Source: Paramecium tetraurelia
Taxonomy: Eukaryota
NCBI GenBank assembly: GCA_000165425.1
Contig: CT868667.1
Span: 62,001 to 126,000, forward strand
DNA length: 64,000 bases
Direction of reading: 5' to 3'
Shown: in pieces, positions 27,841-42,428 of the stretch
Numbering within the stretch: the first letter of the stretch is position 1
Layout: each line of letters begins with the position of its first letter
Translations under genes and position numbers: made by a program
The notes under the pieces: generated by a model
Seen by the model: the letters and a program-made list of their open reading frames with translations, nothing else
Database searches by the model: none
What the model was told of the DNA's origin: nothing

Positions 27841-28790
27841 ATGAGCAATAATACGAACAATGATTTAGCGGATTAGAATACTTCACAATAAAGTTTCAGC
27901 CCATAGCCACTTGAGACATCAAAAGGAATTGCAGAGAATACAAATCAATATAAATGTTTTTAATCTCTCATATATTTTAGATTCAACTGATTTTTAGGAT
28001 CCTTATGTAAAAGGTCTATTTTTCAAGAATTTGTATTGCTGTTTGATAGGACAGTTCCTCTACAACTTACTTATGATTATTCTAACATTTAGTGCAGGAA
28101 TGATAAATTGGTTGGTGACTGAAGATGATTGTAATTAAAGATCCAGTAGAGAAGAAGAAAATTGTGTAGTAACACCAAAATGGTTGTTTTATTTTTCTTT
28201 AGTTGTCTCAATAATATTGTCATTCACAATATATTTTGGAGGAAGCGCTGTAAGAAAAGTAATATCAAATTATCTTATGATAGGGTCCCATAAAAATCCT
28301 AATATAAATTTTCTACCCAATATTTTATGGATTTACATTTTCGTCTATATTCGCTTTTATGATTTACAATATGCATCCATTAGGGATTTGGGAAACATTG
28401 AGTAGTATGTTTCTAATCTTGATATTTTTAAATATTGCTTATTGCGGCAAAAGAGAGGTTTCTTGCCTATGTATAAATAATTTCATATTTTATAGGTAAA
28501 ACGATTATTATTATTGTCCCACCAATATTGTTATCAGTATTTTTTTTATCGTTCAAAGCAGTTTTATATGGGATCTTTTTGGAAGGTACAATTATCAGTA
28601 TGTTTTATGGATTCTATTTAATTTTGGAAGCAAGCTTAATTCTTAAAAGCCGAGTAAAATTTCCTTAAATATTATTTAGAGACTAAATTTATAACCTGAA
28701 GACTATTAGATCGCATCTTTGTTACTTAATGGTCTTCTCGTTCAACCATTAGTAAGAGTAGCTGATATAATACTTAGTATTGTAATGTGA
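27841..28790 (+). CDS. TMBIM / Bax inhibitor-1 / lifeguard family membrane protein (divergent)
   Basis: FQDPYVKGLFFKNLYCCLIGQF, AVRKGP, FYLILEASLI, LQPEDYQIASLLL; multi-pass hydrophobic; several tiny introns. Confidence 0.7.
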
Positions 28791-31700
28791 AAAATTATAA
28801 TAAATAAGATTACATTAAAAAATAACAATCTTTAAATAGCATCATTTATTCAAAGTTTAATTAATTGAATCTTTTCTATTAGTGAATTAAGACTTTGAAA
28901 TATACTTCATTAAAATATTAATTGTGATTTCCATTAGGCTTTATTTGGTTCTTATTCAATCCACGGGTGTCATGTTACTTTTGACTATGATATATAAATA
29001 CTCCTAAATTTGAATTGAGTAAGATCTTATATGTAAGGAATGAATGCAGTTTTCATAGGATAATTGCTACTAATTAATATATCTTCATTAAATTGCTAAC
29101 AATATGGCAAGCAAATAAAATGGATGGATACCAAATTAATAATAATCTTGTAATATAAACAAAGTTAATTCTAGTAGTTTTCCAGTTTTATCCATTTTGT
29201 TTTTTCCTAGAGTTAGTTTTCCTTATTAAGATAATCATATAATATCATAGTTTTTTAATATAAGAATTTTGAAGAGAATCTAACCTTTTTTTTCTTTGAA
29301 CTTGATTAGTTTCAAAATGTAGCTTTTCTCTCACTATTTGAAGTGTCTCAACAAGATGATAACTTCTTATTTTATCTAAATTTATCCAACACTGATTGCT
29401 AAAATAAAACCAGCCCAACTGGCTTCAACTAAAATAGATTTTTCTAATATTATTATTTTTAAGGTGAATTTATCAATTGAAATTCTTGATTATAGTTCTG
29501 TCAATTTTTTTAATGTAATAGTTTATAACTATGGAGCATAATATACATTACTATTAAAGGATGCAATTAATGATTCAAAAATTTACATTAATAAGTCGCT
29601 ATTAAAAAATAATCATGCACCTTAAAGTTAATTAATTTCAGTTGTCGATGCTATAATCTGGTATAGATAGCATCACTCAGACATCGTATAAACTATACAT
29701 AAATAATACATATATTGTGTTATAAATTTCTTATTAATATTATTGTGTTATAAAAAAAGTAAATCCTTTTATTCAAATATAATATCTTTAATAATAACGT
29801 ATTTAATTAAAGAAATACTAATTTGTATTTAGATTTTTAGATGAAATTAAGATATTTATAGAAATACCTAAAGATGTTAAGTGAAAACTATTTGCACAAT
29901 TTTCTACATTATGAAAGATTAGTTATAATAAAATTGTATCAACATTACTGCCTGATTGATGAGCTATTTACAGCTTTAATCTAGAAAGAATTAAAAATGA
30001 TTTTGAGCATAATATGAGTTTTTATCATCTTTCAATAATAATGTTATGTTGAATTCTAAAAGTTAATTATATATGTAATCTTGGATATCAGTATATTTGA
30101 AGAAATTCATCATTAAGAATTGAATTTATAAAATAAAATACATAACTAATTAAAAATAATTGTATTTGTAATTTAAATTATTTTATTGGTTTTCAAACTA
30201 TTTCATAAAGCTCTCAAAGATAATTAGTTTAAATTTGTAATATTGATTTAATATTATTTTATAATTCTTCTTGTGTAATAATTCTAATTGGTGAATGAGC
30301 ATTATCAAAAAGTTAAATATTTTATTTTTAGGATACATAATAATAATTCAAATTGTAACAATCCAAGTTTTATTTTTCATAGGTCCAACCTGGTCTTCGT
30401 TATAATTTTATTGAGATTATTCCTGGGTGTATGAGTCTGTCCATTCTAAAAATAGATTATATAAATATATTACTAAATCTATTTAATTGCCAATTCTTTA
30501 ATTCTTAATTTCCGGTTAAGATAGTTTGCATGAATCCTATGCCTGCTAGAAAATTAAGTTTTTAGTTTCCGTCTTATCTAAAATTGTGTACTCTAACTAA
30601 ATATTAATTCTCATTTATCCAAGTTTCAATATAGAATTTGGATAAATTATCATCAGCTTGTTTTTCATCCAATACACTATGAATTAAAAAAGAGGAGCAA
30701 TATATTTATAGAGATAATATGATGTATTATTGGATTAATCATTAGTGGTGGTGGATCATACAACTCTTAAGGTAAGTGATATTTTGAAATAGAAGATCAA
30801 TGCATTTCAATATATCCATGCTAAAAAAAAAGATTGCTCAAAACATAATGAACTATTAAAGTGTTGAAATATATTAGGGAGAGGTTTTGGTTTGACCCCA
30901 ATATTTGAGTATAGAAGAGAAAAAAAGGGAATACGAAGAACTCTTGATAATTTGCTCTTTAAATCTTGAATATAATCTTAATGCAAGAAATGCCATTGGA
31001 AAACCTCCCTTTCAAACTTCAAGAGATAAAAATTCTTAGTTATTATTTCAAATTTAGTCTAAATTCTGATATTCAGTATTCTAACTTTGATTATGCTAAA
31101 AGAATCTAACAATTTTTATTTTGTATTTGCACTTGATAGCTTATAAAAATAAATTAAAAAAACACAAAGAATTAAGAAAATGATTAATATTTTCAAAAGA
31201 AATGTTAACTCATTTTTTAAATAGTGAGATTCTAAACGTAATTTTAATAGTAATCTAGAAGTTTTTATCTATCCCACCAAAGACGAGTAAATTAATAGGA
31301 AGGAATGCATTTAACTTTCTTATAGAATGTTTTATCCCAAGGTTTTTTAGATAGAAATATGGCTTAAGATTTGGGGTTTACGATTTCTTTGGGGCATTAG
31401 ACACTTTTTTCTTTCAATTTTTTAATTTGACATAATTTCATATTGAATAGCCTTAAGTTATATTAAAAAGAGTGCTTTAAGCTTTAGATTAGCAGAATAA
31501 CTGCCCCAGACTCTGTTATCCTGTTGATTTTATGTTGTGTTCTTTTTTAAAAGTGATCTTCTAAGTTCGACAGCATTTCTGTTTTTCTAAATGAACAGCT
31601 GATCTGGAGATCTTTAATAAGTCTTCTTCATCTTAAAAATTATTCTACATTTTGAATTTTATTGTTTAACCATACACTCAGCCTAAGAAATTTACTTCAT

Positions 31701-32396
31701 TGCAGTCAATCTAATTTCTCTCTTTATTAATTCATACAAATTATTCATTAAATTCTATTAATTTCTTAATTAAATAAATTCTCTGGAAAATTTCACATTC
31801 TCAGGATTTCAAACTCTTAATGATTATTTGAATATCTTATATTTTAAATTTTTATATATTTTATTTCTGAAATAAACTAGGTCTATTAAAAAATGTTATT
31901 ATGAGTTAAACTTATCTTTAAAATAGTTAAAGTTGCATGACTCTTGTTTATTTTTTAAGGTTGAAGTCTCATCATACTTAAACAAAATCCCATTCACAAT
32001 AACCTTATTTATTGAAAATTCTTTATTACGACCTATCCTAATGACTTTCAAATTATAGTAATATTAAAATCTAAAGATTAAACATAAGGTTCAATTATTA
32101 GGGAAAAGCATACTCTTGATTATTATGATATAAAAAAAATTAAATTTCAGGTCCAAAGAATCTAGTTAAATTAATCATTCAGTTTTAATGTACTATTAAA
32201 AATTTAATGAATACTTAGATTTTCAAAGTAACTAATGAATATTTGATTTTATCATTTTGTTTCTTTTAGGTTCAAAAACATAATAAAAAAAGAAGGTTGA
32301 TAATTTTCTGCATATTGCAGGTGCACTAAAATTAGAATTATATGCTGAAGAATGAGATCTTTGAAATATGAATAAATATTGAATAAATATGATAAA

Positions 32397-32905
32397 TCAA
32401 TTAGATTCCGGACTCAAACTATGTTCATAACAGTTTTGCAATGCTTGTACGAAGATTCCACATATTGCAACAAATTCGGCCACAGGGTAATTAAAAGTAA
32501 AATCAATTTTTCCATACTAAAAGAATATATCTTATTTACTACCACATCATCTGAAGACTAACCGAAACCCATACCAATAGTAATGAGAGTTTAACCAAAA
32601 ACAAGACAACATAGTTATGCCCAAAATACTCCTGTGTTCTCTTTGCAGGTTCTGAATAATCCAAGCAAAAAGGAAAGTATGAATAGAGATCCTCCACCTA
32701 TGGTTAGTGCAAGGTAGGTAGAATAGTCATCGAATTTAAATTCCTCGCTGTTTTCATTGATTTATTGAACTTAATAACAATATTGAGACATCCAACAACA
32801 AATGTAGAGACACATGGAGAAGTTACTCAAGAATGCACTAATGGTATTAGATGAATAACTTACTAATGTTTGGGCGCCCTAAGTTGATTAGAATATAACT
32901 TACAT
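32397..32905 (-). CDS. Small multi-pass membrane protein
   Basis: Hydrophobic segments YLALTIGGGSLFILSFLLGLF, FWAQLCCLVFGQTLITIGMGF and VAEFVAICGIFV; one tiny intron. Confidence 0.6.
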
Positions 32906-32945
32906 TGTTTTTGCAGAATGTTAAATATAAATATAAAAATTAATA

Positions 32946-35837
32946 TCAATACTGTGATGCAATTTTGGATTTCTTCTGAGATTCCGTAAAGTTTAACTTC
33001 ATTCTAGAAAGTTTTTCTTTTTGTTAATGAATTTCCACTCTCAACTCCTCTATGGTTTTATCAGCTCTTTCGTTGATTGGAGATTTGTTAGGTGTTCGCA
33101 GAGTAGGAGATCCATAATTTGGTGGTTTTTAATAAGTATCTAAGTAAATAACTGAATATCTACACTATTGTTTTATCATATTGGGAGATCGATTGAATCC
33201 TTAACTAGAAGATAGAGAATGTTTAAGGAAAACATGGGATTAATCAACTTTCTCGTTTTTTTATACCAAAACCTCTAATTGTTGAATTTACTATTAGTAT
33301 TCTCTGGAAACCTAATCCAATTTCCTTTCTGACATAACTTTAAAATCATTGTATCGTTATTCAAAGTATTGTCTCTCCTTCTATGTAAAATCTACAGTTT
33401 GCTAAATTTGGATTCTAAATAGTATTCAAAATTATTTACAGTTCTTCTTATAATTATGAAATCAATTTTTAGGAATGTATTTATTCAATCTCAGCTTTTT
33501 TTTGCAATTCTTTGCATAACTCATTAGAAATTTAGAATTGCGATTGTAAATTATCATTTTCCTACAATTTAAGACTCAATTGCTTTTTTAAATCATTGAT
33601 TGATTGATCATATTAGTAAATTTATTATATCTTTTATTTGATAGCAATATCTGATTCCTCTTATATCAATTTATACTCTCTTTTGACTTAATCAACCTTT
33701 CTGTCAAATTCTATTTCAAATTCTTTTAAAATAACTTCATGATTTCTCTTCTCCAAAAACAACTCCTAATTCGATAACTTAAAATAAATGTGGATTGAAT
33801 ACCTAAAGGATCTTTTTGATTTAACTTGACAAGAATTCCCTTATATCTATATCATAGCTTTTAAATCTATTTTAGATGAATTACTTAGTCTCATTCAATT
33901 ACTACTTTAATTATTCCTTCTACTTGCAAACTGATCTAATTACTTTTTGTTTTATCTTATTAAATTACACTTTTTGATCCTCCAATTATGAAGAGAGTAA
34001 CTATTTCTCTATATCCCAGGTTTTCTAATTCTTGCTTTAAATTTAGATTAGATCTTTTTCCTTACTCTTAAGTTCTTCTATTTAAGATAAAGCATTAGTG
34101 TATTATGCTATATATTATTCCAAATCTTAGATCAATTCTTAATGCTACTTTTCCAAGCTCTCAATTTATTCATTCATTTACTGTGATTCTTTCTCTAATT
34201 GATTATACTGTCTCATCTATTCTTCTGATTGCAATTTAAACTCCAACTTTAGTTTCTTTTATTGATTTTCAAAATTAAGAATGTTTTATTAATTTTCATT
34301 GCTGAGTTTATCGATTTCTTATTCGCAAGAAGCCTACCTTTTTAATTGTTCCTCCAACATTAAGCAATGCTCTTGTTTGAATAATTTACATCTCTATTCC
34401 AATTCTTCTCCCAATCGCTTATATGAAAAGGAACCCTTAATTTCGATTTCTAATTAGTTCTAGATATTTTCTATTATCTCATGTTATTATTGCTTCTCTC
34501 TTTCCAATTCACTCAAGTAGTCTTGGTTCTCTCTTAAAGTATTCAATGTTTATTCAGAAAATTGACGCAATTCATCGATATCATTCAATAATAACTTTAT
34601 ATTCTAATCTTTCTTGATCAACTCTTACTCTAAATGTTCTATCTTTAATTGTTAATCTTGAATCTCCTCACTTAATTCATCTCTCTATTAATTTATTTAT
34701 TTAATCTGATCTTCCAATTTTATGATACTTCTCTACTTGTTATCCTACTCATTCTATAGAGATTATTTCAATTATTGAGTTAAAGAGAATAAACTTAGCA
34801 CTTCTCTATCTTTATCATTTAACGTAGTTTCTAAACTTTTTGTTAAATGTTGCTAGATTAATGATTTCTCCTACTCCATATTCTACTCTAAGTTTTCAAA
34901 TTGCTTTTTATACTGCACCTCTAAAACCTTTATTGTAGACTTATGTTACCCTTATTAAAATTCGATATGCTCCTATAATTCTTTGATTTAATCCTATAAT
35001 TCTACAATGAAGGCATCTTTATTTTAAACCTCCTTTAGTTTCTATTTATAATCCCGTATTTTATTGGAACTTTTTAATTTTAGCTACTCTAAGGCTTCCT
35101 TGTATTTTTGAGATTCTTAATGTTTCTTTGATTTCAATTATTCGTATTCCCATTTCAATCTTTGAACTTCATTTTCTGCTATAACATTCTCATCTATTTA
35201 TAATTGATTCTTTCTATGCATCTCTTTAATTACTTTTTCCATTTCTTACTTCATAGTTTTATACTACTACTCAAGTACTTAATTAGCAGACCATTATTGT
35301 TCAAACTTTTGTCTAAATTCAAAAATCTCCTGATTTTTAAGTTTTTATTATGATTCAAATTAACTATAAGTTTCTTTCAAATTTGAAATTTCTTTATTCA
35401 ATTGGTTATTTTATTAAGAAAGTTCACTATTTTATCTATTTACCCTCTCTAGATTGATTAATAGCTTTTTATTAAGCTGGATTTGTTCATCGTGCATTTC
35501 TTAGAGGCCGTTCAACTCTTTTAATTGTAATATTTATTGTTCTTACAACTTTTGCTCGAGACTCATGATTAACTACTATTCTCTATCCAAATAATCTAAC
35601 TTCGCCTTTTCAATGGCCTCCTAAGATTATCTTAATTCTTATTAAAGTAAGAAGATCTCCTCTCCATAATTAAGTTAAAATGCTTCTAATGTGATTTCTT
35701 TTATCCGATTAAGGAATGCCCCTCTATTTTCAATTTCTATTTGTTCTCCAAATGCTTTCTTAGTGATGTCGATTATGCACTCTACAATAATAATCACTTG
35801 GATTACTTTCTAGCACTCTTTACTATAAAACGAACAT
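32946..35837 (-). CDS. Long coiled-coil protein
   Basis: About 2.9 kb of Q/E/K/L heptad-rich sequence in the ciliate code ending ...KSKIASQY*; start and first exon uncertain. Confidence 0.8.
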
Positions 35838-36014
35838 ATAGTTAATTTATAATTAAATTAAATCAAGGGTTTTGATAATCAATATTTTATATGTTTAATA
35901 AATAATATAAAATATTAAAACATCATAAAATATAAAGTACTAAGTAAACAAGGAGAAATCAATTAATTTAAAAACTAAATGCTGTTGATTTATTAAACCG
36001 AAATTATTAATACA

Positions 36015-39000
36015 TCATTACTCAACTTCTTATTAAATATAACTTAATTCTATTGTCTTTTATCTCACTTTGAGGTAAAAGTACAATAACAACAAGATGA
36101 TAATTGAAACAAGAGTGTATATCCATCTTTTACTTTTTTTTTCTAATGGAGGCGGTTTGAATGAAATATTATAAGTCCCGTTTGAAAATTCATTTATACA
36201 AAATATAGAAACATTAACCTGGCTTTATAATTTTTTATTCAAAAGGCACGTTACATTCCAAGTACCTATTGTGTAATTATATAAATGGTTTTTATAAATA
36301 TATAAGGCTGTTCCATTTTAATATTAGGAATTGATAACCATTGCATAATTAGATACTGTAGTGGTAAATGAACTTTACATTAAAATAGGTTCCATTAAAT
36401 TTCCATCAAACAGATTATTCAAATAATAGATTCCGACTATGTATTTCGTATTCTATTTAAATTGTTGTGTCAAAACCCCGTTCTAATAATAAGAATTGCC
36501 ATTATTAATTAAATCACCAAATGCTGGAATAGTTTTAAATCCTACTCCTAATCCTTGACAATTATTATTAGTTGAACATTTTTATTGTTCAAATTTTCCT
36601 TGTGCAATATAATTAATATTGTTTGAACTCACAAGTATTATTAAACCTTTAGGTAATATATTAATAATTAGAACCAAATTATATAATACACAATATGGAT
36701 AATAACAATTCTTTCCAGCACAGGGGCGGCGGTTGGAGCATNNNNNNNNNNNNNNNNNNNNNNNNNNNNNNNNNNNNNNNNNNNNNNNNNNNNNNNNNNN
36801 NNNNNNNNNNNNNNNNNNNNNNNNNNNNNNNNNNNNNNNNNNNNNNNNNNNNNNNNNNNNNNNNNNNNNNNNNNNNNNNNNNNNNNNNNNNCACTATTTA
36901 CTGTTTATATGTAAGAGTTATTCTGTAAAGCAAAGCATTCATTATTTATCGAAGTAATTAAAGAAAAGTTGCTATAATTAGGAATGCTGGTAGAATTATA
37001 TTAAAATGCTTGAGTTAAACTACAATGTTTATTTAAATTATTAGTTTAAGCAAGATTTGGTGGCCCACAATATCCAACTTATCTATCAAGAATTAAATTC
37101 ATTGGATATGAAAAGATTTTAGTATTATTAATTATATTATCTTTTGTTAGATTTATAGATAAATTTCTTTAATTCAAAAATACTGTGAAGTTTGAATATA
37201 AAACAATACTTTAATTAGGAGTCTATTAAAAGGCTGTCTCATTTAAGGATGAAGTTACATTATAATTATAAATAAATTAAGGGTATTGTATTGAATTGTT
37301 AAAGTCTTCATTGTAAAATTCAACATTTATCTGAAATTCCTACTTTCTATAAAGTTGAAGAATCGTATTGTTTTAAAGTAGTATTATTGATGATATATAT
37401 TGAAATTGTGGCACATAAAAGTAATAGCTTTTAACTGCCTAAACACATTAAATTGGTGAAGTTAATTTTAACATATAATACAAACTTTAATGATATGTTA
37501 AGAAAGGATTATAAACATAAACAGTGTAGTTACTAAAAGTTACATATAAGAATAGGTTATCTGATTATATTATTGCTTTATTATCCACATTTACGCTATA
37601 AAGATTCTTTACATAATAGTATTTTGGTAGATTTTGCAAATTATAAACTTAAAAGCACATATTTTGATAATCATTACACAGATATGATAAAATTAATTAT
37701 TAACTTATTAAATTTATCTATTTGATTGTGTAATTAACTTTGATTAGTGAAATTGGTTTTGGGATGCTATTTTAATCAATTGAAATTATTATCACTTCAT
37801 TTATATTGTTTATATATAACAAAGATGACTATAATTATGTATTGACTACTATTTATATCGGATTGAATTATAAATTATTGAACTAATGATTTATTGATGA
37901 TTAATTTAAAGTAAAATTATTTGTAAAATCAAATGTCATTATTTTAATTTATTGATTTGCAAATAGAATTATAATATTATTGAATGTAACTACAAAATCT
38001 GAAAATTATTACTCAAAAGTATAATTTGAATAACTAATTATACTATTATTAGAATTATAATATTAAAATAAATAGATTGTATTATTAGCACTAAGTCCAA
38101 TTATTATCATTTAAGGATTAATACTATAAGCAACTTATAAAGAACTAGCATTTATACTAATGTTAAATGAACATATTTAACTGAATTAGAAGATCGATTG
38201 AATACCATAGGAACCTATAATATCGATTGAATAATTATTATATCCTATTATATAAAAATATGTGTTTTGTTGAAATATAAGTGACAAAGATTATACTAAG
38301 CAGTAACGGTAATTAATTTGACCAGCTTGTTGTTAGCTCAATAATGTAAAATTTAAAGGTATTCCATCTGGATTTTGCTTATATTATAATAACTATCCAG
38401 AAAAACTCAAAAAAGAGTTTTAAACAATAATGCTCCATGAAAATTAATATTAGGGGAACTATTATTTAAACATTACATAGATATTTGTATCATTCTAAGA
38501 TAATACCTACAAATAAATTTTCGATTAATAGAATATTTTTTTCCCTTGATTCTGACATATAAGTCTAAATGTACTATTATTTCTAGCAGATTCTAAGTTA
38601 GTTAAATTGACTTATAAGGAAGGAAGTTAAATTTTATATACTATCATCTTTTAATTAAATGAAAATAATTCACTACAGTTAATTTATCAGAATTGAAATA
38701 TAATAAGGAATTATCTTGGTTAGTTAGGTGGTATGCAAACAGAAAGTGTGACTGCTTTTCGTCAATAAATATTTGAGAATTTAATTGAATTATTATAAAA
38801 TAGCTATTTTAGAAGATATTCAAAATGGACTCGAATTAAAGCCAATTAAAACGAGCTTATGTCTGAATTATTGAATTTTCACATCCTAAGAGCAAAATAA
38901 GGCAAGGTTAGTATTAATAATAATAAGCTAACAATATTTGATCACATTAAGAATAAATAGATAAATCATAATAGACATTGATGGTAATAAAATTATTCAA

Positions 39001-39782
39001 ATTCTGCTAACTAAAATTAGCTTTAAAACAAAATTGAGAATCTGAAGATATGGATAATTAGAATAACTCTTGGGAGGTAATTACATAAATATTAGGAGTT
39101 ATTGTAATTGGTATATCAAAATCAATAAATTGATTATTTAAGCTACTTAAATTTTGAAATGATGATGAAATTAATGAAAGTATCGAATAATCTTCAAAAT
39201 ATTAGGCATATACTATAAAATTATTTGTTCCATTAACAATTGATTATATTTTGGTTGACGTTGGCATAGATGATTATATTTAATAAGTAATTTTTGATTA
39301 TTTATCCATTAACTGAATTAAAAGGAATTCATTATTTTAATAACAATCTACTAAAATAGAAAAAATTTCAGATAAATTGATAGTAAAACAATTAAACGAA
39401 GAATCAATTATTTCGGATTCCCAGATTTTTTCTAAGATTTAATTCTTCCACTCATAAAATGTTACTTCATTTTCATAAGACAAAGTACTAAAGTGTGTAT
39501 TGTTTGATGAAATTGATTTAAATTCTATAATAATATACTTAATATTTTACCATCTCCTTGCATTTGAAATATTTCCTCACATTAATTCAGAACTTATACA
39601 TTTGGAACTTAAGGATCAATTTTGCACATTAATTAAGTATCGGCTACAATTGAATCAATATAGTATTTATAAATTTCTCCTTCTGTTGGGTACAATGAAA
39701 TTTCTTAGTTTTCTTAGAGTTAAAATTAAGGACTAAGACAGATCACTTAGATCACATTGATTACTAAGAAAATTATTTTCAT
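36015..39782 (-). CDS. Large single-pass surface glycoprotein, family copy 2 (interrupted by assembly gap)
   Basis: MKIIFLVINVIQV..YPTEGE, same intron position as copy 1, C-terminal TM and tail ending QEVEQ*. Confidence 0.82.
36742..36891. other. Assembly gap (150 N)
   Basis: N run; comparison with the paralogs suggests the missing sequence is several hundred bases. Confidence 0.98.
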
Positions 39783-40413
39783 CAAAATTTATTAATGAAA
39801 TTTAATATTGATTGTAAGTTTCTATTTATATTGAATTTGATAATTAGTTCTAATTCTTTTTGAAATTAATGCTTATTATTTACGCATCTAAGTATTTTTT
39901 ATGATAGAATAGTTGATAATTACATATTTGATTTGATTAAAATTTATATGAATATATAATTAATATTGACAAATCTATATTTAAGTTCACTATTATTTTT
40001 AATTTGTTTAACTAAAATAATACAATTAATGTGCTTTAAAATATTCTGTATTTTTTCTGTTTATTTAATTTATACATAGATGAATTCCTAGCCACACATA
40101 TTAATTCAATTTAATGTAATTGAAATATTTATAACAAGCCAACAATCCGTACATACATTATGCAGAATATTTAATTAAATTGCCAACTTAGACTTTATTT
40201 TACTATAATTTTATTATCAGTTATTGATGTAAACAATATAAATTATTCAGAAATGAAAAGTAATTATAAATTAATTTAAAGAATATGGAAAACTCTCTTA
40301 TGATACATATTTAAGATATTACGATTAATTTAGACATTATATTAAAGAATTTATTAATCAATTAATTTTATTAATACGTTGATTTTAATAACTATATCCA
40401 ATTAATATATTTT

Positions 40414-41537
40414 ATGAATCATATAATTCAACAACCAAAGACAGCTCAAAAATCAAAGAAACCTTCTAAAGTCGCTTCGAAACACCCAGAAATTCAACCA
40501 AATAAAAATCTTGAAGAATTAAGAAATAAAGAATGGACTGTTGCGATCCAGAAGGAAATCGATTAATTTGAATAGGCTATCGTATATTATTTATTGATAT
40601 CATTAGCATGAAGTTGAAGCTCTGTTCAAAGAAGCTTCAATATCTTAACATTTAGTTAGTTTGGGAACTTTTAAATTGGTTTAGGATGAATATGAATTTG
40701 CAGCATTCAAACTACAACACTTGAGAGAGATGCTCGCAAAATACTCTGATGAACACTCCAAATACCATCAAATCAAATAGAAATTGAAGGTTTTGACAAA
40801 TAAGTAGGATAAAAGTGCTGAGGACAATGAAGCCATTTAAAAGATAACAAGGGATCAAGAAAATTTCAAATACACTATTACAAAAGAAAGAGAGAAGATT
40901 CAATTCCAATTTGGAGTTGCTTCAAGAGTTTTGATCCTCATTCAAGTCTACATTAAATTGAAGGATCAACATGAGAATTAATAAGAACTCTAAAAACACA
41001 GAGATTACATCTTGTAGAAGATCGATAAGATCAAGAAGACAGAAGAAAAGCATACTAAAAGGATTGAAAGACATTTCAATAGAATATAGGTAGAAGATCC
41101 TGATGCTCCTGAAGATATTGAAGTTGAAGAAGAACAGAGCGAAGAGGAATAAGATACTACTGGAAATAATACAGCAAGAGAGGACTTAATAAGTAAATTA
41201 TAGTATGTTATACCCTTTTAGAGTTGTGTGATGGTTTGATTTCTTACTTAACTAAGATTGAGAAAAAGGAAGGAGTAATAATTATAATATTATATAATAG
41301 GATTCATTCTTATAACACGATTTGGCAACTTTCCAATATTTTGATCAAATTAGAGTGGCAGCTCCATTTTATTCAAATTAAATAGATTTGGCTATTGATT
41401 TGATTAAAACTAAAAGGACATTTTATGAAAATGCACCTGATAGTGAATTTGTTAAAAAGGAAGTTCAATAAGTAGTCAAGAAATAAGAATAAAAGGTTGA
41501 TGTTACCAACGAGTAGGAATTTCCTAAGTTATCATGA
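40414..41537 (+). CDS. Coiled-coil protein, possibly BFR1-like
   Basis: Charged coiled coil, C-terminal FDQIRVAAPFYSNQIDLAIDLIKTKRTFY and EQEFPKLS*; family call tentative. Confidence 0.65.
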
Positions 41538-42428
41538 GATTATTTTATAATCCTAAACAATCAGTCAGAATTCTTATAAAATCAGATCATATATATTATT
41601 ATGTTATTATTAATGGATCTACTTCAAAGAAGGACCATAGCGATGCTAATGACTGCTATACCAAATTTCATAATCAAATAACAAATCTAAAAGAAAAGAT
41701 GACCACAACATTTTTAAAAGTAATCTACTTTCAACATAATTATTATACCAGTTTAAAAATGTACAAAGATAACATTAAATCAACTTAGAGGAATCAACCT
41801 TTAAGAATTTATTTACAATAATCAAAAAAAGGTTGATTTTTTTCAAGCCATGTAACCAGAAGGAGGATAAATCTTTAATGCCTACATTTCGATTGTATTA
41901 TGATAGAAAGTAGTAATTATAGATTAAATATTAATGAGTGATTCATAAAGAATTTAGTAGTTTTTAGTTACCAGTTTTATTTTAAAATAGAGGTAGTTGA
42001 GATATAATTATATAGAATATAATCCAAATCTTTATAAAGTCAACAGGAGCAATCTATTGATGGTTGTTCGAGGTCGTGAAGAAGTCTTATGACCAACTTT
42101 TGGCAATAAGGTTATATTGATCAATGAAAACCTTGTAAATTTAGTGAATATCATTTATAGAAAGAAGTTTATTACGGCTTGATAATCGAAAATACGTCAT
42201 TGTAAAATTAAGAAGGAAAAGCTTTGAATAAAGATTCAATCACATAGAAGGGTTCAATATGATTAATATCAGAAATATATGAGTTCTCGATGAGAAAGGT
42301 ATTCTCATTGACTGAATATGAGTTATTAATTTTATTTATAATGAATATTCCATGATTATTGTTGAACTTTGTAATGAAAACATCATTAAATGTAATTTTT
42401 TCAAAGAACCTTTACTATTATTAATAAA

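Noticed and set aside
30740..31700. Long minus-strand open frame in the ciliate code
   Set aside because: With one stop codon, long frames arise by chance; no recognisable motifs
36715..36741. GC-rich patch next to the N gap, possibly adapter or foreign DNA
   Set aside because: It reads in frame with surface-protein copy 2 (PPPLCWKELL) and is too short to call
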